A DNA stretch of 55,763 nt, counting the filler, from Sphacelaria rigidula (Eukaryota): the NCBI GenBank assembly GCA_964200075.2. It is 6 parts of 6 records of this genome, joined end to end, with 100 filler letters (N's around TTAATTAATTAA, not from the genome) between each part and the next. Parts side by side here need not be neighbours in the genome. Positions count along the whole stretch, not along the records: positions 1 to 9,211 come from CAXNAA020009035.1; positions 9,312 to 18,522 come from CAXNAA020009036.1; 4 more parts are not named here. One strand, 5' to 3'. The notes under the pieces are model-generated. The model made no database searches, was not told where the DNA came from, and was given only the letters and a program-made list of their open reading frames with translations. Every line of letters begins with the position of its first letter. Position 1 is the stretch's first letter. Below, piece by piece: positions 1-12,128 of this stretch. The position numbers and the translations under genes were made by a program.

Positions 1-242
1 CCGTCTCTTTTTTTTTGTCTTTTGTTTTCTCTTTTTTTTTTTTCAAGTCCTATGATTTTTATCTTAACTTTCCTTTCTTTCATTTTTCTTTCATTTTTCT
101 CTCATTTCTCTTTCATTTTTTTCATGTTTCTCCTTTTTGTTTCTGATTACGAGCTGGAGTGTTGCAATCAGCTACGTAATGCGCGATCATCATCCTTGTT
201 GTCTTTGTTCGTGCTTGTGTTTGTCTTTGTGCTTGTCGTTAT

Positions 243-243
243 T

Positions 244-305
<62 letters not shown>

Positions 306-306
306 G
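243..306. repeat. (TTG)n microsatellite
   Basis: Perfect tandem TTG run seen directly. It explains the poly-L, poly-C and poly-N ORFs at 22-475. Confidence 0.97.
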
Positions 307-436
307 GTGGTGGTGTTTTTGTTGTTATCGCTGCCCCCTTTCTTTCCTTTCTGAGGCCGTTGCTTCTGTCGTGTTTCTGTTCCTGTCTTTCTTTTTTCTT
401 TTTCTTTTTTCATCATTCTGGTCTATTTTTGCTGCT

Positions 437-502
437 CCTGACCACGGGCTGGATTGTTGCAATCAGCAAATGTGAGATAATCAATCAATCAATCAACCAA
501 TC
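437..502 (+). repeat. 3' end of a non-LTR/SINE-like family: ACCACGG.CTGGA...TCAG...(AATC)n tail, preceded by a T-rich tract
   Basis: Related copies at ~142-195(+), 3946-4005(-), 29518-29590(+), 36149-36226(+), 37574-37649(+) and 41541-41592(-). The better-preserved copies end in AATC repeats and most follow a pyrimidine-rich body. Confidence 0.75.
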
Positions 503-1607
503 TGTTGCAGAACGCGCTACGCTCTCTAACTCAGGTCTCCAGAGCGACTTGGTATACAAGCAGTAACGCTTCTCCATTCAAAATCTGTCGGAGAGCATCA
601 TTTTTACCTTGACACAACTTTAGTCACCGGAATGAAGAAACTCCGGTCCAGGCCTTTTTTCCATTCTGCCCCGCCCCGTCCCTTCTGCGTGGTTTCATGT
701 CATTTGCCTTCGTTGAGGACGGTGGCTTGTTGAGGAGATTCCATCGATAGGCCGGCTAAATCACACATGATCTCGTCGGCCACGAGTGCGATTCGAGCGC
801 AATTTTTTGCGTTGTGTTCTTGAGATCACAATTTATGTTTCGTCAAACTCGCTCTCCGGGAACGTCCCGCTGCACACCCCAACGGCAAAAAGTGATTATT
901 TTGGAGAGTTTCGGGGAACGCTCGGAGAAATGAGAAAATGCGGTGTGACAAGGCATGCGTGTCAGAAATGTGGGGGTGTCTGTGGCGCCTGAACAGGGAG
1001 GGCGTCGCGTGAACGCACGTTTTGTTCATGGCAAGGATGTAGTGTCGAATCATGTGAACCCACACGAAAAAAAGGAAGCGAGGATGAGTTGCCCATGGTC
1101 GGAAAAATGGCATCGAACAGCCCGGATACCTTTCGGGGGCTAACCCCCCCCCCTCCCCCCCTATTCGCACCTCTAACAGTACAGGGCAGGATAAGCAGCA
1201 CGATTGAGTATGCAGTACAAGCAGCACAGTACCGTATAGAACACGCAGTCTCATTGAGCGTGCGGTACAAGCAGCGCAGTGCAGTGCACGGAATACCACC
1301 GAGCGCACAATCCTTAGCAATGTGTTGCCTTCGCCTCACCAACGGCTGCCTCTCGCCGCGAAAATGCTTTCTCCACGTCTTTCTATCTCTCAGTTGAAGC
1401 ACCCGAGTGACTCGTCTCCTCCCGCCACCTCTGGCACAGTACAAGGAGGCGCTGCTGTCTTCGTTCCTCTTTTGCGGGACATCGCTGTGGGGGCTGCTGT
1501 GATCTGAAACCCTCCCCTTCAGCAGCGGGGGATATCTCAATCGCATTTTTCAATATTGAAAACCGGTTTCTTGAGCTCTCTCGGTCATATCAAGGATTTT
1601 ATAGATA

Positions 1608-1829
1608 CAGTCGACCCCGCTTCAAGGACGACTTTTTTTTGTCAAACGAGGGGGCCCGACAGAAAGTACAACTAGTACGGTATGTACCTTTTTCTACTCT
1701 GCGGGGCCCCTTTTTTCACCTCTGGTGGGATGGTGAGCTATCGTCCCCTAATATTTAAGGACGAAACCTCGCTTTAAGGACGCTTTTCCCCCCGAAAATT
1801 CTGGTGCGTCCTTAGAGCGGAGTCGACTG
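1608..1829. mobile_element. Tc1/mariner (pogo-like) MITE, 222 bp
   Basis: TIRs CAGTCGACCCCGCTTCAAGGACG and CGTCCTTAGAGCGGAGTCGACTG, flanked by TA on both sides (1606-1607, 1830-1831). Confidence 0.85.
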
Positions 1830-2692
1830 TATACCGTTTGCATGTAATTCCAGGGTCGTCGGGATGGTGTTCCGTCCGTACCAAAACCACTGCTGTCATT
1901 ATCATCGTGACCTCCTGCACACTGTACGATATGGCCGAGAACGAAACCACCGCCGCCGGAATGCCACAGTGATCACCTTTCTTATGGTATTCATTTCCTC
2001 CCCTGGACTTCGCCTGAAAACTGCGGAAAAAATATCGTGTAATCGCGTATGGTCAAATGTTTCGTTTTTATTATTAAATCTTGTTTTCTCACGTTTTTTT
2101 GCTCCTAGCGATATTTCCCCGTGATGAATATATTACGGTGAACCATATCCCCAATGTGACGTCAGGTCATCCTCGGTTTTGTCGAAACCTCCGGGGCTAT
2201 AGACTGCCAATGGTTTCGGTTGGAATTAAATCATTTGGATCCGTTGAGAAATGAGGTCATTCGGAGGTGCAGGGTCTGCCCGGTCAGAAAAATGTTATGC
2301 CGGGGGGGGGGGTGTTATTAAGAATTCTGACCATACTGACTGCAGCCTACCCCGATGCGATACCGACCGCAGGCTCCCATGATATCTACAGCTGAAGCGG
2401 TCGCAGTCTCCCTGCACGTCTTTGCGGTTTTGACAGGCATGGATGGCACTCTCCGCCTGATCACCATAACCCGTCCGCTGTCGTCGCACCCTCTGACCTT
2501 TGACAATTCTTTTCCACCTCGCTTTTCCGGCGTCTTTTACACCGGTTTCACTGCTGTTCCTGTTGGCTCGCCTCTCTCCCCTATCTTTGCAATTCTCGAT
2601 GTCCGACTAACAGGCATTCGATATAGACGGCGTTTTGGTTCGAGGGCCGAAGGTACTTCCGGGAGCGAAGGAGAGCCTAAAAAAACTCGCAG

Positions 2693-5600
2693 ATAGTAAA
2701 GTACCCTTCGTCTTCGTTACCAACGGGGGCGGTAAGACGCGTGTTTCGTGCGGATCAGTATGGGCAAATACAGTGCCGTAGGATGGAATGAGAGTGGAAT
2801 AAAATATTCCAACAGTCAGTATATGCACGCTCTTGTAACTGCGTACTATACGCCGAAAACGTCTGTACTCTATCCTGCTACAGCCCCGCTGCATAATACT
2901 GCCTGTAGTATCTCCACTCAGTGTCCCAATCCCTGCCCGTCTGAGCCCCCCCCCCCCCCACCCCCCGGCACTCGCCGACACCCTCTGACATTTTATCGTG
3001 CGACTGCTCTTTGTCGGTCACCAAGGCTGCACGGAACGAGAAAAGGCCGTAGAGCTCGAGAACCTTTTCGGGGTACCCGTGGAACGGTCGATGGTGGTTT
3101 TGTCTCATTCCCCGATGCGGAGTTTAACGCAGGAGCTTTGGTCGAAGAGGGTGTTGGTCCTCGGGTCGAAAGCGCACAATATCGCCGAAGAAGATTTGGG
3201 TCTTCGAGATACGGTTAGTCAGAAGTGAGGGGGTCCTCTGCGAGACTCGTTGATGCAACATCGGTCCTTCCAATCTATGGGAAGAGTTTTACAGTATGTT
3301 TGCGTGCTTGTTCGTGAGTTCGTCCCATGTTCGTCCCATTGACGTGCCAAGCAAGTTGTGATAAACGCGTACATGAGTGATGCCGGGGTAGCCCTCCGCC
3401 AAAACCCAGCCCCATAACTGTCGAGAAGAAAGTGACCATACAGCGCATGATAGGTTGTTTCGGATTGGATGCAGACGCCGCTTTTGGGCGACATTTGGAG
3501 AAGATGATCCCGAGCGTGGGAGTTCCCGGCTGCTCGGTGTGCTCGGCTTTTGTCATTTTGATGCACACGTAGATATTGCCACCTCGAACTCGCCACTTTT
3601 TTTGAGGTGGTTATCGCCGCATTACTCACACGACGGAAACAACTGATGAGAGTCCCATCTTGTGCAAATAATAATATATGTACCTTTAGTCAGCGTATGG
3701 AATCGAATGCAGGCAAGCATAGTTAGCAGGCAGTGCAGAATCGGAAGTCGACGGTAAGTATACTTGGGGATGATGGATGTTTGGGGGTGTTGAGGATGTT
3801 GATTGCGTTTTAAAAATACTATTTCGTGGCATTCAAAGGTACAGTAGTCGATACTAGAAAGCAAAATTTCTTGTGCAAGCAGAGTGTCACACCAACTCCA
3901 AGGTATAATTCGGCCATCCCGCGTATTCCGCATGTCTGATGAATTTTGATCAATTGGTTGTCCCCCCTTCATGATCTCGGAGGGATCCAGCCGTGGTCGC
4001 ATGATGGACGTTCCTGACATAAAACGAATTGGGAACACTCGCTGAAGAAAAGTGTGTGATGAAAGTGGGAAAAAAGAAAGCGCAGAAAAATGTATGATAA
4101 AACAGACGCAAAGAGTACACTGGGAAAATAAAAAGATGGAAGGAAAGGTGAAGGGAAAAATACAGGGTATTAGAAAATAGGCTAGACATAAAAATGGGCG
4201 GCCTCTGCAACATACCTTCGGTGAAAAAAAGGTCTTGCCCGAAAACCATACTCATACCCACTCGTGAACAAACAGAACCCCGTGGGAACATATTGTCGCT
4301 TATCTATTTCGACGTCACACTTTTGGGGTTGAAGCTCCCATCCATGAACCCCACAGGAGCTAGGCACCAAACTTGTACTCGTATACACCAAGAGGAAATG
4401 ACGGACAAGGAGACAGGAAGGTGGAGAAAGGAAGTGGGAACCAAAAAGGAGAACCGATGTAACCCGAAGGGCACAGTTGGGTAGAGCAGGTACGAATGCA
4501 CAAAAGGGAGAACCGCCCGCGAACCACCACCCAAGGACAGAATCAACAACCGGCAGGAAATGGCAGGGGTACGTCGGTGTCCGTGTCAGCCCAATTTCTC
4601 GCAGCCACTCCTAGTGCGGTACAAAGCAAGCCACTATATCGGTCATTGCCCTCTTGGATTCGTCGGGAGCTGTTGCTGTTGTCGTGCTATAGCGAGGGCA
4701 GTTAGTCGTCCGACTGGCGGGTCTCGACGCAACATCCTCTCATTTGTCTATCGATTGCTATTGAACGCGACGGTTTCTGTAGCATTCACAGTGTTTTACG
4801 ACAATTCGTTCTGAGGCCACTGTATGCCGCTTCGCGTGACGCATTTTGTTGTCTTTACTCGAACGTGTGTGTGTGGGGGGGTAAGGTTGCACCGGAGGAA
4901 TTCGCGGCGGAATGGCCGAAGCTGTTTCACTTCACGGGGGAGAAGTACTACATGAAGCGGAGCTTCCCAGATAGGTGCGCGCGCGAAGACTTGCTAGGGT
5001 GTCCGTGGCGCGAACAGTTCATGCTGCTGTGCAACTCTTCGACTTTGCGCTCTCTTTTCGACATCTTTGCTGCTATAGGGCGTTATCTGCGTCGGGGTTT
5101 CCTGTCTGTGCGCGGCTATCGCAGTGGTAAGCATGTGTTCAACTAACGATGGGAAAAAAAAGGTCATGTCCAGTTTTTTCGCAGAGGCGTTTTTTTTTTA
5201 GTCAAGGGTTCGGAAAATTTCCGAAACGGCCACGCACTCACGAGACCACGTTTTGTGGACCCCAACATGAAGCTTTTCGGTTGCTTTCTTTCTCTGTGCA
5301 CAATGCTGACACACGTATGCGGCGAAGGCACGACAAGGCGCCGAGGCCTGTCTCGGCCATTCTCGTTCTTCACGACCCATTGGATTGGCTGCTAGAGGCG
5401 CAAGTGGTGACCGATGTCCTCAGAGGAGGTGCGTGCGCGCGCGGTCGCATGTGCTTGTGTCTGAGCGTTACGAAACGCGTTGGGTGTTGCGTGTTGCGTG
5501 CTGCTCGTTCTGTAGTAGCCGCAGTACACTGTCGGTTTGACAGTCATCGTGTAGTTAGCCTCGCCCCTGTAATAGCGCAAACGCTGAATAGAAAGCATAC

Positions 5601-6619
5601 ATTTTTTTTTTTTGTGAGGGATCGCGTCAGTCCTAATCGTTGCACCGTGGCGCTTCCTCGTAGCAAACTACCCCAGGTCCATCACATTTTTTTATGAAGG
5701 TTTGAGAATTGTCGGCGGGAGAATGTGTGCTGGCTCCCTCACTGTGTTGCCACTGTTTCATGCGATAATGTCTGATATGATATCGATGAAACTTGTAATG
5801 TCGTTGCCTCTACAGGAAACCCGCCGGGATCAGGGGTTGGCGCCCAAACGCCTATGTATATTTCGAATCCGGATTTTTTGTTCGCGGCAGCGTACCCCGA
5901 GCCGAGATTCGCGGCGGTGAGTCAAATTTGACTTGTAATCTCGACCCTCTGTGGAAGAGTTCAGATTCATTTCTAGGCAGCGTCAACATGATGGGCACCG
6001 TATCCTACGATCGGATGGATCATTGCATGAACACACTGGGCGAAGCGCACCTCCGTACACGTTTTCATGCTTGCTGTTTACTCTCATAAGACGCTCGCGT
6101 GCGTGTGCTTCACACTCTCCGTGCGAAAATCGCAGCCGGGATGTCGAAATGTACGCAGCATTGATTGCCCCACGCCCTTACAGTGTATACATTCTCACGT
6201 GGCCACACAGTTTTCCAAATATCATTCAGTAATACGGTAGCTTTATATGCATTGAATGTACTGAAACTTTTTTGTACTCGATGCTGATTGCCGTCGGTCA
6301 CCATCACGAGGACAGCGCATCAGCTTCTTGCATCGGATATACCGCGCTCAGATCCTCACCACCAATCTGAACATCAACGCTTCGCGTGTAAATCAACCCC
6401 TCCCGTTGGGTTTGCTCTGCTGCGTCCAGGGCGCGTTCACTGACACCGTTCGCATGCTGTACGCCAAGCGGTTTGGAGACGGCGAGCCGACCATAGGAGT
6501 GTTCGGCAAACCCACCCCCGCGACTTTCGACTACGCGAGGGACATGTTGGACCGCAGAAAGGAGGCGATGGGGCTGTCGGAGAACGACGGCCCTCTCGAG
6601 AGAATTTACATGGTTGGCG
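2693..6619 (+). CDS. HAD-superfamily subfamily IIA hydrolase, CECR5/HDHD5-like (partial, 6 internal exons)
   Basis: Exons 2693-2731, 3026-3213, 4886-4974, 5328-5428, 5816-5916 and 6430-6619 join in phase at GT-AG sites. The product has PFVFVTNGGG...VVLSHSPM...ILVLHDPLDW...YISNPDFLFAAAYPEPRFAAGAF...FGKP...IYMVG, motifs typical of CECR5-type HADs. The N-terminal DxDG exon and the C-terminal DNP exon were not found within the fragment. Confidence 0.9.
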
Positions 6620-9211
6620 GTGAGGACATGTTGTACGATGAGGTCAAAGAGAACTGCTCGGAGGTACTGCCTGATTCGCCCAGAAAAACGCAACATGACC
6701 CGTCGGTATTCTGTGTGTGAGCATGCTTCCATATTCATCGGAGTATGCTCACAGCACTCACCGTACAGTAACGTACTCTTCGCGCTCATGTTTTTGTTTT
6801 TCCTTACATTCAGCTCGAAGGGTGTGGAGAGAGTATACGTGGGCACCAAATCCGCTGTGATGCAATAGCTTGCAGCGTGCTAACAGCGTGACCTGACCGC
6901 ATACCTTTCAGAGGTACCGACGAAAGCAACTAAACGTTCTGTCGGGTGTACGATGGTAACGAGCGGAGACGCAGACGCGATCAAGAAATATTGGAAGGGA
7001 AATTATATGCCAAGAAGAAACGATCGGCTTTCAGCGTCAGCTTTTGACTATATCCGGTGTACTTTCAACAAGTGTTTGGCATTTAGTCTTCGTCTGCATT
7101 CATCTCGTCTTGTAATCCCCGACCCATCTTTCCTCGGGGTACGTCCGTAGTCTCAGGAAATCAAACCAGATCTTTCCCAATACCTCTATTGTACGCCATA
7201 TCCGAAAGCCAGATCAACGCTTCCGTAAGCTGTCGACTTTCGCCTTCTTGTTTTTTCCACCCTCATTTCCGCGTTTTCGAACAACTGAAGTCAGAAATGA
7301 ATGAATAATAATCTACGGGTGTCGGACGCACCAGTCCGTCCAAACGCTGATAAGCAAGTCTGACTGACGGGACGTAGCGGCACTGAAATATGTATGCTCC
7401 AGGCGGATGTCATCTTAAGACAATGAGACTGGAAATCATCCTCTCCCGATCCTCGTGAAGTGTCGGCGTAAGGTGTAAAGAATCCGGCGTATTGTAGCTC
7501 ATTCCCGGGCATTTGAGGTGTGTGAGGTCGACAGTCCGAGACTCCACGAAGCGGCATGTATGGTTGTGCAAAGTCTCGATCGTGATGGCCCCGTATCTTC
7601 AAACTGATCCCTGCTGAAAAACTAGCGATTCCATTTTTAAATTTTGTTGTTGCCTGCCAGTTTCGATATTTTGTCCAACTGTATTTCACTCGTTTTCTTC
7701 TTCGAATTTAGGACAATCAATTCTCTCAATCAGTCAAATATCGTCCTCGTATCGTAAATATGGCCTCGGAAAGCTCTGAGTCTGTTTCATGCTTCCCGAG
7801 GGGGAAGGAGGGGGGGGGGCGTCGTATGTCATACCTGCGCATACAATTAAACGCTGGAGGATCACAAACCTGCTTTCCCTACCCCCCACACGCGACTTTA
7901 CCCCGATCACCTCACGACGCACACGCCAAGAACACGCACACACCGTATTATAAGACCGCTAACATACGTACAGGGATATACGTATATAGGGACGAGATGA
8001 GGGCAGAGATGTCCGGGCCTCTGTCGTCAATAGGGAGACAGGGGGAGCGGAGGGGCAGGAAGGGGGCTCCACCCTCCGCGAGTAGCATCACAATGGAACG
8101 CAGTAATTGTTGAAATAGTGTGTTGGGGATCGCTTGCCTATGTGGTTCAGGGCTGCTTGTACGGTGTTGCGGTACAGCTGTAGGGATTACAGTTACCGTT
8201 CCGTGATATGATGGGGCTTCCTGTACTGTCGGAGGAGAACAGACTTCTGGTAGACACCTGACATGTCATATTAACAGGCCTTCGGGTTTATCTTTGTAGG
8301 AAGCGGGTGGGGCCAAGCTGCTGGATACTGTTCGCAAACGGTGGTCACCGACAGTACGTTGTGCACAGTACTGGCAGCGCTACACGTTTTCGACTATGGT
8401 TCGTCCGTCTATGTCTCCTGAGACGCACTTAAACGCACAGGGGGGGGGAAAGGGCTCTGCCGGTCCGTGAGGAGCGTAGGACACCGTAGTCTTGCTTCTA
8501 CCCATAGTTCGAGGCGAGCGGCACATGGCGTGACCGAACTCAGCAGCCTGGGTTGGGTACCGGGAGTCTTTGGTTCTTTGCTTCATCAGCGCAGTAGAGC
8601 AAAACACAGTACAGCCCCCCCCCTCCCCCCCCCCCTCCCCAACATATCAAACAACTGTGCAGTGTTAGCGAGGAGCAATATGGATGCGTATCACAGGACC
8701 ACAGACAGTTACAGTTTCCCCCTTTTAGCTCTCCGTGTACATGGTGTGTTCGCAAACCTTCTTGTTTTGTCCTTGGGCTACCGCAACGTATCCTTGTAAT
8801 TTTCAGTACCTTCCTCGCAAAGTTTGCCGCGAAGAGTTATTCACCGCACATCACGGCGTGGGGAACGTTTCCACCATTCCACTCTAATTTTATTTTTTAG
8901 CTACGATGGCAGACCACGAGGTATTCGTGATGTAAAGCACCAGTCGTTTTTTTCGAGAACGAAATGCAAGGCACAATCCTGTCCTCTCTTACCCCCACCC
9001 TCCCCGCCGAAGACGACTTAGGCAAGTAACATATGAACACACACCCCGCCGAAGACGTTGGTGTTCCTCTGTGCACATGTGAAAAAGGGTTACTGGGTTC
9101 AAACTGTTCAATGATCCCCCCCCCCCCCCCCCCCTTTTTTTCCTTTGCCGGACCTCGCCTGGGGTCGGAAGAGAGCACGTTCGGAATCCAGGCACGGGGA
9201 CACCCCGTGAG

Positions 9212-9311
9212 NNNNNNNNNNNNNNNNNNNNNNNNNNNNNNNNNNNNNNNNNNNNTTAATTAATTAANNNNNNNNNNNNNNNNNNNNNNNNNNNNNNNNN
9301 NNNNNNNNNNN
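9212..9311. other. Artificial linker (N44-TTAATTAATTAA-N44); same at 18523-18622, 27834-27933, 37144-37243, 46454-46553
   Basis: Identical 100-nt spacers with stops in all six frames separate six fragments of 9210-9211 bp. Confidence 0.99.
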
Positions 9312-12128
9312 GCAAGAGAGATATGCCACTTCAGCCCCATATTTTGTTTGAACCCCAAAATATAAAATCGGCTGTTATCGAGTGTTTCTTCAGCGCCCAG
9401 ACAAAATACGGCCAAAAACACGTGCAGGGGAAGACCCCACCAAGCTGAAATTTCGGACAGCATTCGCTCCATCTTCAGAAGGAAATTAATGCCAGATGCC
9501 GTCGCGATGGGCAATAGCAAATGTATTGCATATGTTCTCCATATTCAGGGCTTTCATTCAATCTATAGATCGTTGCCGAACTCCTGGTATATCAAGAGAT
9601 ATGTCCCCATATTATCGGCACCAAATCACAGCTGTTTGGATTTTTTGCTGCTCGAAACTCAAAAAATGACCCCACCTTACGTAATTTAATTCAATGCGTT
9701 TTGATTAATTTAATGCAGAGGTTACCTCATGTGTCTTGATACACCTGGTATGCTTGTACGTATGGCTGTCCCCGAATAGGTCGAAAGGTGGAACCTTGCG
9801 ATTATTTGTTGATTGGTTGGTGGTATTTGGGGCCTGAAGTCTCGCCTGGAGTCGGACCCTATGTTAATTTCTACTTGGCCTCTCACTTCGAGTTGGATAG
9901 CCGGGTGCCACCCCCTCAAGTCCGAATGGCCACCTGGGGCACCGGATCTTCTGAGGTCAGTCATATGTATTCTCTTTTTTCTTTACCATTTATCCCTGTT
10001 TTGCTTGTATCGCGTTTTGTGAGTTTTAATCTAGGTCTATTTTCGTTTCTTGGTTTTGTTTGATTTCCCCATACCTTATTATAGGTAGCTAGCCTGTGAC
10101 CACGGAAGGCGTCCGCACCAGATGCCCAGTACCAACATACCGCGCAGATATCGGAACGGTTTTAAATGTGAAGACAACAACAACAACAACAAGACCCGAG
10201 GTGTTTCCTCTGGCAAACGCGAAGATGTAAGGCGGAGGCAACCTTGTGGAACGAGCATGATGTATTTAGACACGCCGCTGGCACATGTCATGTATACCTG
10301 TGTAGACGGCAGTAGCCTCATCAAAGGGTGCGACCTTGAGATTTGGACTGGAAAGCATCGGATTAATTACAAGACATCGGATATGGCTCATGGATGATTC
10401 CGCATGTGTGCAGTGAATGAGCCTCAGCAGTTGAGGGGATACCGACTTGCGCATGATCATTGACTTGTTGTGCATGATCGGCCATTTCAGGTCTAGGTCC
10501 AGCATGGGCAGCGAAAATGCTAGGCACATGTATGAGATTTAGGTTCATGGCGACCTCCAGTAACAACCACACGCAGTTCAAATCCTGACGACCATGAGAC
10601 TTTTACTTGATAGCTCGCACGATGGTTGTTGCTCGGCTACACGCCGTGGTGTGCTGGTTCGAGCGTCGATCCGCCAAGAGAAGAGATTGCAGTGGTAGTA
10701 ATTTTGGCAAACTGTACGGCACGAATGGTGCCAAAGGTCACATGTTGGGCTCGAACGACTGCGATTCACAGACAGTACACAAGTTAACACGCACTATTGG
10801 CGCCCACATCGGGAGCCAGACGCACGTGTTCTAAGCACCTTGCATTCTGGTGGAGCCAAGTTACCTGTGGATGTGCGTGCGTCGATTGTGGGAATCTGAA
10901 CGCGATGTTGTATGCCCTGAAAAGTTAACACGCTTTTATATCTCGGCTGCATTATATTGGGACCTTCAACGAACCGACGATCAAGCAAGGTCTTGACGCC
11001 ACGGTTTCGATTTGAAAAGCGCGTTCAACTTACCGAGTTGAGGGGAAACGTGGTTGCGCCGCACACAATCAATGACAGCAACGGGGAAACAGCAAAAAAC
11101 AAGAAACAATGTATGGGACATGCGAACACTGTACATTACTACAAGCAGTCACGAAACAACACTCTCACGAGGCCTTGCAAACCCGACCTGTGCTCACATT
11201 TCCCGTCTTCACGAACATACTGCAAACTTGACACATAGGAACTGCCAGTTCGCGGAATTTCCTCTCCTGCTTCTTCTGCATCTGACACACAAGTACCATA
11301 CAGTAAATATTATCGACACGAGTGTTTGCGGCCCTGACAGACAGTCTCGGCTGCATAAAATAAAATCCCTCAACGTAAGATACCGCGCTGTCTACTGTTG
11401 CTCTCACGTCGACCGTCGACTGTCCTGCGCTAACCTACCCACGGCGGGTCCCTCACCCGGGTCCCTCACGCCTCTCAACAATTGTACATGACCTGTAGTT
11501 GTATCTTAATGATTGTGGGTTTCATTCACTCTGGGGGCTACATTCGCCGCATGTGCGAGGCCTAACTACTTCTCTCAATTTGAATGCGGACAGAGGTTGG
11601 TCCAAATACCCTGGCTCGCAGACTAAAATGGACACGATCCCACCTGCCACTCATTAAGGGAGGTGCTGACCGCGTGAGAACCTACTGTTTCTGCGAAGCA
11701 TGTGCCCTTTAAACGTTGGGAGTATGGCGTGGCGACGGTGTTATGATGCTCAGTGACTGGTCGTATGCCGAGGCACTACGCTCTAGATTTGAAGAGTAAC
11801 TAGCATGCCGTAGAGGTAATTGAAGCGCCCAAAATACGGCCAGTCGTACGGCCCTTCTCAATAGAGTACGACGCACTACTTCTTATCAACATCCGTGACC
11901 AAAATGCCTCGAAAACAAAAATAAGGTTCAAGGGCAGATATTTTTTCCATAAACCAATGACGTCGGTTCAGCAGCAGCAGAAACAGCAGCAGCACTTGAG
12001 TCATCATCCGAAAGTACTTCAAAATGTTCCTCAGGGCGTTCCCTAGACTTGGATTTGGGAAAAAACCCAGAGCATTCGCCGAAACTTTCTTCAGAACGTT
12101 CCCCAGAAGGAATGAAACCCGCGCACCG

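Noticed and set aside
22-475. Poly-Leu, poly-Cys and poly-Asn ORFs
   Set aside because: Products of a (TTG)n microsatellite and a T-rich repeat body.
3625-3660. GGAAAC next to CTGATGAG, resembling a hammerhead ribozyme core
   Set aside because: Only 2 nt separate the two core motifs, leaving no room for stems I and III or a cleavage triplet.
9256-9267. Recurrent TTAATTAATTAA palindrome at a regular ~9.3-kb spacing
   Set aside because: Synthetic linker inside N runs, not biological.
9312-9679. Possible right end of a Kolobok/Harbinger-like DNA transposon (...GACCCCACCTTA)
   Set aside because: The partner terminus is not in the fragment, so support is insufficient.
10122-10988. Short ORFs sharing an IDARTST peptide, possibly a decayed repeat protein
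   Set aside because: No recognisable domain and no consistent frame or splice chain.
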